In this document: in pieces, positions 27,120 to 39,900 of the stretch | Position numbering within the stretch: position 1 is the stretch's first letter | Layout of the letters: the number at the start of each line of letters is the position of its first letter | Assembly (NCBI GenBank): GCA_037379345.1 | Contig: CM074515.1 | Coordinates: forward strand, 8,742,001-8,806,000 | Length of the DNA: 64,000 nucleotides | Direction of reading: 5' to 3' | DNA from: Perna viridis | Taxonomy: Eukaryota | Translations under genes and position numbers: made by a program | The notes under the pieces: generated by a model | What the model was told of the DNA's origin: nothing | Seen by the model: the letters and a program-made list of their open reading frames with translations, nothing else | Database searches by the model: none

Positions 27120-29568
27120 CTATCTATGGTGTTATGTTTATTGTTTTTAATGTGTGGATGTGTACTTTGTGGTGAAGGGTTAATGGACATGGAAATCACA
27201 GTGGATACAGGTTCAACATAATTATTATGTACAATCATTCACAGTATATAGAGATTGTGGTGAATCATGTCGGTGAAGGTGAAGTGATTGTTGAAAGGAA
27301 ATGAGAAATAAATAGTGAAAAATATGTTACATGTTCAGTCTCTGAGATGATACAAACTTGAAATATTTATAGTATTGATGTGTTGATGTGTGTTTCTGAT
27401 GGTATGGAGTTTAAGGTTTAGGATTAGACTTTAGAGGAATAAAATGATAATTAACGGGTAAGTACATGTAAAAGGTACTGTCTATTAAGTGTGGAGTGGT
27501 AGTAATGGTGATTTTAGTGGGCTACTTTCTTGGACTGGTTGAACTTATGTTTACATCATAAATACAATGATTTATTTGGAATGTGATTTATATATGAAAA
27601 TAATATTCAAGAGCTAATAGGTACTTGTTCTAAAGCAAATGCTGTCTCAAATGGATTATGAGGGTTACTGAGAATTTTAACCATAGTACTGGTATATATG
27701 GGAGGCATTAAAAGAAAATTGTGACAATAGAGGAGAACTATACCCAAGTATTTCTGTATGTCTGTTGTATCAATAGGCATGCTAAGTATCTATATAGTGG
27801 TACATGTAGGGTAAGTTTGATGAATAGAGAAATTACCAGTTTTTTATGCTTTTTTTTCATGTAAGCTATTTGTTTTTAAAACTGTCATCCACCATCTGCT
27901 ATTGTCTTCCTGTCTGTGAACCTCCATCTTACTTCTGTCTTTTGTCTTGTGCTTTTAGAATGTTACTGATCATCTGCACAAGTTTGATTTTCTTACTGGA
28001 GCTGGCATTGTTATAGCAAGAAAAATGAAGAGAACTTATAAAAACATGATAATCTGGACTTGCTCTTTGTATTGACTATAAAACTTGGTGATCTTTCTTT
28101 TAGCTGTTTTCATCAAGTGTTAAAATAGTGGGTTCAGTTCATACAAAATTCATACAAAAAACTTAAAAATTAGTAAGCACTGCTTCTTCATTGGGCATAT
28201 CATTTTCTTATATCTTATTATAATCTGAGATCTGATGGAACTTTTTGTAGCAGTATATTGTGTCTCCAGATAGTCTAGCTGAAGTTGTATTTAACAGTAT
28301 TTGGTTTTTGGTATTGTTCAATTAATTCAAATCACATACCTGGGAAATTGGTGTTTGAATACAGAAATATATTGAAAATACCTAGGAAAACACTCAATCA
28401 TACTTCTGTATATGGCTGAATTCAAATGAAGACTAAAAGTACATGTACAGAAAACAATTTCACTGGACTGAAAATGATCAAAGAAAACATGATATTTTTG
28501 GTCGATTAATTCTTACATTGATCATGACAAAAAGCATTTTAAATATTGTAAAATAACACTTAATCAACGAGACATTCAGCAGCTTGAAATGGATCAAGTA
28601 TTGTTTATCTGGTGGTAAAAGACACTCTATGATGTCATTCCTGTGCTATTGCAACAATGGTCTGTATGAACATTCATGTGTTACTTGGTGATACACTCCT
28701 CTCCCTAGAAATCATATAGAATACCCCAAAAGTCATTCAGATGGAAAAACAAAAATAAGAAATGGCATCATGTGATAAAGAATGTTTCATCAAATTCTAT
28801 TGTCATTTTAGAGGAGTTGCAGGTAAAAACTGGTGAGGGAGGAATAAACGTACAGACAACTATATAACTCTGGCTTTTCAAGCAAGTGGTATAATGAAAC
28901 CTACAGAAAATATTGAAAATCAGTGTTTCTGTTTTCTGTACATTTTAATACACAATATTTGAGGGTTAAAGAAAACATAAGTGAAATGGTCACTATATGT
29001 TTAATTTATTTTTGCCATATTCTGTGGTAGGCCATACCTGTATTCACGTACAACTGATTTTGGTCTTATTTTGTGCACTTTTGATTTGATAATAGTTTAA
29101 GACCCTTCAAATATTTCTTCAGAAACTTATTACTGTTTTATGATTGTTCTCTAAAGTTAAAAAGAGCAACTTGAGAATATGATGAAGAAAGCTGTCATTA
29201 TATTTTTACACATGAAATCCATGATAGTGATTTGCAGTGTACTGTTTTAAACACATTTCTCAACTTTTAAATGTTTGTTTGTGATTGACATTTCAGTGTA
29301 ATCTGTAATCTTTTCAGTAGATACACCTGCCCATATCCTAGCAAGGTACCTTTGATAACAACCATAAAGATTTATTTCTTTGTTTTCTTTATTTTGTAAC
29401 ATAGCCACATTTTTTATGTCAGTTCTCCAGTAACACATGAGCTGTATACTTATCTTGTGTCAAAATGCTGGGAAGTGAAACCGGAAGTCAGGTTTACTGT
29501 TGATGATTATGTATTATGGACAAGTTTGATATGGTTTATGTGGTTTCTGTTAGAAAATTTGTGAAATA

Positions 29569-29960
29569 TACCAGTGACTATTGTCTATTTGACTTGCTTG
29601 TCTGTGTACCAGTGAGTATTGTCTATTTGACTCGCCTGTCTGCATACCAGTGACTATTGTCTATTTGACTTGGTTGTGTGTATACCAGTGAGTATTGTCT
29701 ATTTGACTCGCCTGTCTGCATACCAGTGACTATTGTCTATTTGATTTGCTTATCTGTATACCAGTGAGTACTGTCTATTTGACATGCCTGTTTGTGTATT
29801 AGTGAGTACTGTCTATTTGACTTGGTTGTGTGTATACCAGTGAGTATTGTCTATTTGACATGCCTGTCTGTATACCAGTGAGTACTGTCTATTTGACTTG
29901 GTTGTGTGTATACCAGTGAGTACTGTCTATTTGACTTGCCTGTCTGTGAGTATTCTCTTT
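29569..29960. repeat. 38-bp minisatellite, ~10 copies
   Basis: Unit taccagtgastattgtctatttgacttgcctgtctgtg with variants. Confidence 0.95.
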
Positions 29961-30848
29961 GTGACTAGCCTGTGTAAGTAGCCTATAGTTTTTGTTTTTG
30001 AAGAATAGATCTGTTTTATATCCTTGGATTTTTTAGCTTATATTGGTACCTGTAAGTTCATGTAAACAGTCTTTAACAAGCCTGGAAATACAAAAGTGCT
30101 AAATTTTTATTTTTTAAAGAATTCTGTTACTTTTCAATAACTGATGAAAAGGAATACGAGAAAAACACAGAACTGTTACAGTTTTTAATAGACATTACTA
30201 AGAAATAAGATTGTTGTTTAAGGAAATAATCTTTTATAAATATCAAAGAATCAGTGTTAAAGCTATCTTGAATGTAGTTTCATTTAAAAGCTATTGTGTG
30301 AAGGTGAGTGAGACAAAAGATACCTCCTGTCTGTTGTTCACATGAACCATAGTTGAGTTCATTGTCCTCCCCACAGACCCAATGTATAAAGTGAAGGAAG
30401 ACCATGGACATGTAAAGCTCAAATAATCAAAAATACATTATCCTAAATGGACACCATTTGTTATATTTGTCAATTAAATGATAGTCTGGAAACTTTTTTC
30501 TTATCAATTGTGGAAAGAAGTGAACAGGTTTATCAGAAAGGTTCATGCTTTATTTCAGTCATGTGATAGTCATGTGGTAGGAGTTCAGTACTTACAATAA
30601 AAAGCCTGAAAGCTGATTTTACATCATATTATTTATCTAACATTGTGTAACCACATAATAGCTTATCATTCCACTGCTTGTTGTTACACTTTATTTTCAA
30701 TAACCACTTTTGAGTTTGTTTTTAGAACATTACAGCTTTTAACCCAGACACTTTTATTAATATAAATTTACATTATGCTTATATTAATTTTTGAAGCCAG
30801 CAGATAAGGTTTTAACATACCAGGGATGTAGTGAGCTGTCATTTAACA

Positions 30849-30940
30849 ATGTTTGATGTGCAGAATATATACAGCACCCCTCAGATGTCCCGTAAGCACC
30901 CATGCTTACAGCCTCGCAGAATGACCTTAATTGACCTCAG
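30849..30940 (+). CDS. Candidate first coding exon (MFDVQNIYSTPQMSRKHPCLQPRRMTLIDL-R)
   Basis: ATG at 30849, open 92 nt, donor CAG|GTAGTA, phase 2 matching the acceptor at 34021. Confidence 0.55.
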
Positions 30941-33900
30941 GTAGTAGGCATGTGCCTGTAGTTGGTATACTGCATGGTACTTCAGGCTCAAGTGTTCACT
31001 GTACTGCCCTAATACTGTCTTACTAATGGTTTACTTATCAGTCTTATTCAGTAGTGATATTACAGCATGTATTCTCCGTCAATATATATATATATATATA
31101 TATATATCACAGGAGTCTGTATTTGGAGTATATTGGTCCTTAACTAACTTTAGATGATGTTGGTCATTTCTTTTCTTTAAACTGAAACAGAACAGTATAT
31201 CTGAGAGGTGATGATGGGATGAGAAAAGTCAGCCTCAGTTTAGAATTAATTTTACAATAAACAAGTTGGGGGTTGGCAGAGGTGTTTACTTTGGGGGGGG
31301 GGGGGTTGTCTGCAAGTTATACTCTACAGATCATAAGTCTTTCCATAGTACCTACATTAAAAAGTCACAAAATTCAGAATTTTAAGCATCATATTCATAC
31401 AATATTGCCAAACATAAGCTTTGCCATAATGTAGCATAAACAGGTCTGGAGTAGAGGACAGGATAAGCTTAAGCTTTTATGTTTTTTTTCTGTATCTATG
31501 TGTGATTTGAAGCCTTGTTTCCAAAGTTGTCTTTACCTGTATACTATATTGTCAAAAAAGAAGAATGTATTCTTTCACTTGCCAATTCCATTTCTTGATG
31601 CAAATGTATATGTATGAAAGTTTATGCATGGTTTTTATTCTGCCACTAAAATGAGTAATATATAATATCACATTTGTAGTCAGAACTGGCTTCTTTGCAT
31701 GATTTAGGTTGAAAGTATATAAAATATTGTACTCAGCCATTTCTGAGAATGACAAAGGTGTTACTGTGTAATCTATGACTTGGTTTTCAAATTTGACATC
31801 AAGTAAAAAGTGTGATGAACAATATTTGCTTTTGTATCACAAACTAGTTGTAGATTGCATTAAGGTTCACAATCCCTGTAACACCCCTATGACCTGGTTC
31901 CTGGTTTAACATATTTTTCCTCCCTTACTTGAAACCCAGATCAACTTCTTACTTTACCCTGATTTCAATGCTATGTGTATCTCTCTTATGTGGTATGATT
32001 ACATTCAAACAGAGCAAAGTAATGTAACTATTTATATTTGTTTTAGATTGCAGCTTAACATTGTAGGTTTAGCAGAGAAAAAAATATCACATTAATATTT
32101 CCTATAATGTATGACCCACTCCTTCATAAATTGCAATACTTTATATTAGCTGCCTTGAATATCTGTAAAATTATAGCAGGAAAATAGATTTGACCTTTAA
32201 AGTTGAACATCTGATTTGGTTGGTAATTACATGTACTGAGTTGTAATAAGTGGTTATTTTACCTTGTCAAGCTTGACCTAGCTTTCAGTTGTTTTTGTGA
32301 AACTATTTATATTGGCTGCATTTGAGGGGAAATATACTTTAAACAGCACATAAATAAGGTAGTGAATTACATTATTTGTGTACTGGTGATGTAATGGACT
32401 TAAGTTGTTTTGTTTGCAGTCATAATGAAGGTAGAGTTTTTTTTCAGTGAAGAACTTGTATGCATTTGGATGGTTTACATTTTAATTTGTGTTTTTTTTG
32501 GGGTTTTTTTTTGGCTAAGTCCAATGATGGCTGTTTGCCTCCGCAAAAAAAAATGAAAGTTGTTAAGTATTTCCATAAAAGCAGGTTTTCCTTTGTCATT
32601 TTAAACTGTAAAATGTTATTTTAACAATGTTACTGGTCATATTTATTATAGTAAGTGAGTAAATTTCATGAAAAAAATTTTTCCCTGGATAATTCTGTGC
32701 AATTAGGTTTCCATGCATTTTCTACAGTTCTTTATGGGGAAAGTTATTAATGGGTGATGCAAGGGTACTATTACATTCTTATAAAAAGCAGAAGAAAGTT
32801 TTTTTTGATAATCTTCATGGGTTGAGCAGATTTTATCCAACCTTATTTTTGATGTATATGATGCATAACAAATGATTACAAATCCAATATTTTACCAGTT
32901 TTTTCCGCTGGTTTGTTGAATTAAGTTCAGTGAGGACTAATGTCTCCATACAACTTACTTCATTCTTTATTCTCCTTAGAATCATCACTGCTGCAACTAG
33001 TAGATAGGATTATTGCATCAAAACTTCCTCTTTCAAGAAACAGTTTCACTTAAGAACAAAGCTAAAATGGACAATAAATTCAACCATATCTTTAGCAAAA
33101 AATATTCAAGTTTGAAAACCTTCAGAATGCCAAACAGACAATATTTCCATCTGCGCCATGAAAACTGATTTGTTCAATGTGTCATAGTTTCCCTTTCCTC
33201 TTTCGTCTACCAAGGACTTGACCTTTTATGAGCAACTCGGCGGGTGTTTCTAGAAAAGCAGAGAACGCTTACCCTACTGGTGCACCAGGTCCATGCTCCC
33301 AGTTTTTAGTGGAGTCCGAGTTGCTCATTTGCTTTTGTTACTTTGTATGTATGATTTTAGTTACTTTATGTTCTTTGTTGTGTGTGTCTGTTTTCCATGT
33401 CTGGTCTTTGTGCCTGGATTACATTCTTTTGATTACTGCTGTAACCTTGGTTCCCTTGATTCCAAAAATTAGTGCTAGTTAAAGTTGGTAGATATTATAC
33501 ACTAAATTTTGATTGAATTATACTATTGGAAAGTGTGGAGTAATTTCTAACCAAAATTAAAAGCCATTTTCTACTATCACCAGTCTTGATATGATCTCAT
33601 AGAATTATACTATTGGAAAGTGTGGAGTAATTTCTAACCAAAATTTATACACCATTTTCTACTATCACCAGTCTTGATATGATCTCATAGAACATTCTTA
33701 AGAAATCATACATTGCTAGAATTATTTTAAGGGTTATTGACAGCCAAATATATGACTTTTATATAGATTCATACTGAAGGACTTTTCCATTACATGTAAT
33801 TGCAATGCTACATACAGCATTCAACAGTGAATATATGTTGATGCAACAGGTAAATGTTACTGCACACCATCCTTAATCAACCGATAACTGGTATTGGTGT

Positions 33901-36900
33901 TAGTATAACAAACTGGTTAACAATCTCATTCATTTTGCCTCTGACTAATTACAAGTGAAGATATAAAGGTGACTGATGTTTCCTTCCAGTGTTTATATAC
34001 ATTGCTCATTCTGTTTACAGAAATGTAAAGCTTGATGAAGAAGATGAGCCATACAGAAAAAGTTCTACGACCACCATCCGTTCTGAAGGCACTGGGACCG
34101 TCTACTACAACAAGGTATAATTGTTCTTAATTATGGGCTTGGAGGATCAATTGTGCATCCCGACTCATTAACTGGGGCCATTTACTACAACTAAACAAGT
34201 TGGGAGGATCCACTGTGCATCCTCAACAATTGTTATAAATCCTGAGCTGGTAGGATCCACTGTGCATACTCACTCAACAATTGTTATAAATCATGAGCTG
34301 GGAGGATCCACTGTGCATCCTCACTCAACAATTCTTATATATCCTGAGCTGGGAGGATCCACTGTGCATCCTCACTCAACAATTCTTATAAATCATGAGC
34401 TGGGAGGATCCACTGTACATCCTCACTCAGCAATTGTTATTAATCCTGAGCTCGGACTGTACATCCTCACTCAACAATTGTTATTAATCCTGAGCTGGGA
34501 GGATACACTGTGCATCCTCACTCAACAATTGTGGCCATTTACTGCAACTGGGTATAATTTAGCATTAGAAGAAAATATATAAAATGATAAGAACCACATG
34601 GAACACTGTTTGCTTCCATAGGAGGAAATTTCCTTTTTGTTTTCATCATTTTCCAATTTTTATACCCCCACTCTTATTTTAAAGTGGGGCTATATTGCAA
34701 TCACCTTGTCTGTCCGTCCATTACACATTTTTCATAACAGATTTCTCAGCTTCGACAGAAGGGAATGCTTAGATATATGGTATATTGCTTTCTCATGATG
34801 ACTTGTACAGTGTCTCCCCTTTTCAAGTTCATCCCTCATCTACTTCCTGTTTACCAATCAACTTTGTAGTTTTTTAGGTGATGTATAATGGAAATTTTCG
34901 TAACAGATTTCTCAGCTTCTACTGAAGGGAATGCTTAGATATGTAGTATCTTGCTTTCTCATAATGACTTGTACTATGTCTCCCCATTTCTAGTTCTCTG
35001 CTCATCTACTTCTTGTTTTCTGATCCACTTTGTAGTCTTTTGGTGCTGTATAATGGAAATTTTATTAACAAATTTCTCAGATTCTACTGAAGAGAATTGC
35101 TTAGATTGTTGGTTTATATTGCTTCTGCATGACAAATTGTACGGTGTTTCCCTTTCCCAGCTTTGACTGAAATGGTTGAGTGGGGGTATGGTATTTTTAG
35201 CAAGATGTAGCATGCAACATTATGTTCATTTTGGAGTTAAGGGTCTTTCAACACCAAAAAAAGGGCTATAAAGGCATACATGTACCTTGTAACACAGCTG
35301 TTGCTTAGCTTTTTTTTGTTTAAACACTAGTTGTCCAAATGTTGAAAGTTTTTATTTTAATTGACCCAATTTGAGCATGTGATGTAAGGATGTGGTTAGA
35401 CTGTAATAGAATTACACCCAAGGTAATTGTATGGACCAATCTATTGTTTTGTACATGTATTATGTCTGGTTAGGGATCATACTAAATTCAATAAGGGTAA
35501 GGTATTGGAATTGAATGCAAGTAGAATCTATCACAACATTGTGCTCAAAACTAACAATAAACCAAGTTATATATTTTGCTATAATCTATTTAGTTGCTAA
35601 TGAATTTTTAAGAGAATCTATGCTTGCCTGAACCTAAATTAGCCTGTTTGCATAAAGAAGGAATATTTTAAGTTGTTGATAAAAAAGTTGTTGCATCTTT
35701 TATTCTGTTTATCTTCCTGTACCCAGGTAATTGCTGTTTTGATTTATTTGGTAAGCAGTTTAGTTTCATTAAAACCTGACACTTACTAGACTAATCTCTT
35801 GGCAAGAAGACATAAAAAGTACTCATTAAGGACAAAATTAAGATTCATTCTTTAATTGGAAGTGGAATTTAGTTATAATGGTTACTAATTATCCATTGGT
35901 CAGTGAATAATAACAAAACTGGAAACAATTTGCAGTAGCCTTAAAATCCTAAGTGATGATCTGACTGTACCTAGTTTTCATGTGTTTAATCTGAAAATCT
36001 GAATCTGGTCCATCTGAAAATAGCCAAATATTTGACTTTAATTAGAAAGGAAGTGTCAAAAGCTAAATAGGTTATTAAAGCACATATTTAAGTCAGGAAT
36101 ATTATTAAACTGAAAATTGGCCAAGTTCATCAATAACATGGCAAACTTAAATGCAATAAGGATCAAGTCTATCCATAGTATTTTCTGTTTCTATAATGGA
36201 CATCTTTATTTAGTGATTTGATTTTTTATGTAGTACAGTAAGTTTCTTGAACAGTACTTAAAAGTTACAGAGGACAAAGTCCTCATAATGGTAATAAATG
36301 CAGATTTTACCTTTGACCTTAGAAGCACTGAGAGCCTGATTTCAATCTGACAGGAAGTTAACTTGTAATACTAATGTTAATACAAAGCAAGGATCTTTTT
36401 TTCAGTTTCATATCTTAAACAGCAGTAAATATAGTATAGCCCACTTCCCAAAGGTTTCTTAAATGATTAAAATGAAAAATTATTCCTAGTTGATGTTAAA
36501 CTGTAAAAGGCATTAGTTCAGTTATTTTTCTTTTAAATATCAATATATTCAACTTTGACCTCTTACAGGTTACACCAGACTCATATTAACTTGTCTTTTT
36601 GAAGGTCTTAAAGCTCACCAAGTCGTCATTCTTTTCCCAGAACTTAAGTATCAGTCTCTGTAAGAATCAGGCACTGAGTGGAACATGGTATGAAAAAACA
36701 CACCATATTTTCATTTGACTATTTCCACCTGCAGAATCAAGGAAAAAAAAAGACATGATTTTCCATATCATTGTGGTAAATTGTGTTATAACTTCAAAAA
36801 ATGAACATTTCAAGGGCAGATAATTCTGTCAAAAACTTCATTTTTCTAACATTCTATTGATATATTTCTGAGCAAATCCAGTGATGCAGAGATCAAATAA

Positions 36901-39900
36901 TGGTCTTTTCAAATTAAGTATGGTGAATGAAACTCTGTCAGTGGATTTTTGATATTGCACATCTGATTTTTCCCATTTTTCCTGATTGTTATAAGAACTT
37001 ACACTCAAATAAACCTTAGGCTGTTCAGTTTATAAGCGACCAAATCACTGGTTCTGTTGTCTACCCATCTCTGTAAATGGATGTGAACAAGTAATTGACA
37101 GACTATGTATAAGTATTGATACTTCATATAGGACATACTGAAAGACTATAATCTGATCTCTATTGCAGCATGGTGGTATCCTGCAGTTGTATGATAGTTC
37201 AGATAACAGCAGCCTTGAGTCTCAAAGGTCATCCATGATGAAGATAAGAAGAGTATCCAGGTTGGTATCAATTCATTTCCTATTCTTTATTATAGAAGAA
37301 GAATAAGTAAATAATTAAGGGACCCTATGGGAAAATAGTAGAAACAGATTTCTATATGGCTTGAGGAAAAAGATGTCTGAATTGTATCTATTTCTATTGC
37401 CAATCTAAAGACAGATATCACACTGGCATGACATCACAACAATAAGCGGCTATACGGACGTTGTCTCTGAGCATTATTTCTAACATATGAATCAATTCTT
37501 TCATGTATTTCTGGACGATCTTTTGATCTTGACCATATTTTTGTTGTAGTAAGGACACCTCTCTCTCGTAGTTTGAATTTGTTAGTGTAAATCCTGTGAT
37601 TGTCTTTCGGCCCTCATCATACAACAACGATCTCATATAGTTAAATCTCTGGACATTGTTCTATGTAGTTTTGAAGCGCACACGAGTCCCAGAACGACTG
37701 CCATTCTAAAATGTCACCTCCAAATTTTGGTAAATTGAGCTTAGGAAGTTTATGATATTCACTTGTGACGCTTGAAAAGGAATGGAAATTAGAAGTGCGG
37801 TTTGCGCTTGAGTCTCTTTCTATACAGGATTCATGTGTGTTTGTATTATTACTTGCTTGTGGGACTTGTGGGATATTTGCTTGTCTAGTTGTGAAACTTT
37901 CAGCGTTGATGCTTAATTTGGATGTAAGGACTGACAATTATTTACTGATATGCCGTATTTTGGTCTCTAAATTAAATGCATACTCATCTGACTCCATGAT
38001 TTCTGTTTCCATGTCCTGTCCATCCAATCCTTTAATAATATCCTCGTCCAATTGACACAAGATTTCCTGTTTTCTTTTTGAAGTGTCCAAAACATTTGAA
38101 AGTTCCTCAGTGTCAATGTCTTCCTGTTCACCGTTTTGGATTTCCTCAAATTTCTTGGTAATTCTGGAAATAACACCTCTGTGGCCTGCTCTCGCTGATC
38201 TCAGTTTCATGGTACTCATGCTCATATCCTGGTCATACGGCACCAATATAGGAAAATGGTAGGATCTGATTTCTATATGGCTTGAGGAAAAAGACGTCTG
38301 AATTGTATTCTATTGCATATCTAAAGACAGACGTCACTGGCATGACATCACAACAAAGAGCGGCTATACAGACGTTGTCTCTGAGCATTATTTATAACAG
38401 ACCTCAAGGTGCATATGAATAACTTTAAATATTATATATTTAACCATGCAAATTTAGAGACCTGCTTTCTCCACTGCAGCTCCTTGCCAAGTCATACCAA
38501 AGACTTTAAAATTGGTACTTGTTGCTTCAATGCCAAGCACTCAGCATACCAGAGATGAGGTCACTACTGGTTTGCTTTGAGTGAGAACAATGTTTCTGAG
38601 TTGGGTATCATGCCTACATACTGGCTGTTGCTTCTGTGATCTAGCACTTCAAAAATTTGGTACAGGTTATTGGTCTAATACAACCTAAGGTTTATTACAA
38701 TGGTCAAATGTTTTCATCCTGATATGTTAAGGTATCTGCCAGAATACAATAAACTGCATTGAATCAATTCATCTCCAATATAACTTTCTTTGAAAGTTTT
38801 TGGTCATAAAAATGAATGCAATGTAAGTTATTTTAGTTTACCTGTAGCATTGTTCTATTAGCTTAATTTTCTGTATGGCATTTAACATCAATAAAACTCG
38901 TGCAATCTGACATAAGTGTCCAAAGTGTTTTTTGCTCTCCTGGTGTAAATCATTCACTATGGTAGAATTATGTTTATGTCACTAATTCCCAGGAGATAGT
39001 TTATGGTTTCTTAACATGATCTAACATGATGAAAATTTCTCAAGAGCTAATTGTACAGAGTCCTTCTAATGGGTTTTCTTGGTAGCTGACATTTTAACTT
39101 TCTATTGCTGTCATTCCTTGATAGCCATACAAATTTCCTGTTAGTCTTGGAAATTGCCTGTATTATGATTATGGGGTAATAATTCTCTTCATAATGTTAG
39201 AGTGATATTAATACTAGTAATTAGTTATGTTTATGATAATGATTAGGTTTGTACCACGAGGAAACTTACAAATTTGTACTCACTATTTTAGACTTGCCAC
39301 AAGTCTTTCTGTAATATATATATTATTTGATTAAACATCATTACTATCAAATATTCATTCACTATCAAGCTGCAGTTTCGCTAGGGTCTTGATATACATG
39401 CAGTTAGGTGTATGAAAGAACTAACAATCAGTAATTGACATTTCACCATCTCATTCTGTTTACTTACGGTTATCTCTTGTAAATTTTATTTCATAAATGA
39501 TTTTGAAATCTTTTTCACCATTCTGTTTCTTACTTCCCTTTGTATTTTCATTATCAGCTCACTGCTTGATTTTGCGAATGCCATTGACATTATAGTGTAT
39601 CATATCACTACTAAGGAGACCTATGCCAGTTTTGAAGATTTGGACCAAAAGTATCACCATTGTGACATCTCATCAATCCCACTGCTCTACTCCTCACTGT
39701 CCTAACTCAGTGTTATTCTATATATTTGATTGTCCTTTAGATTCTACTGACAACTCCACTATTAAGGGGAACCAGTCACCTGCACATACCAGAAAGTAGT
39801 CCATAAAAAACAAAGTAGTCCATTGGATGCATTGTATATTTTTTGTGATTTAACCAGTGTATTCAAACAACAGTTTTTAACTCTGATGTAGAGAAAAAAA

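Noticed and set aside
34262-34582. 106-aa repetitive ORF
   Set aside because: Product of the 51-bp minisatellite
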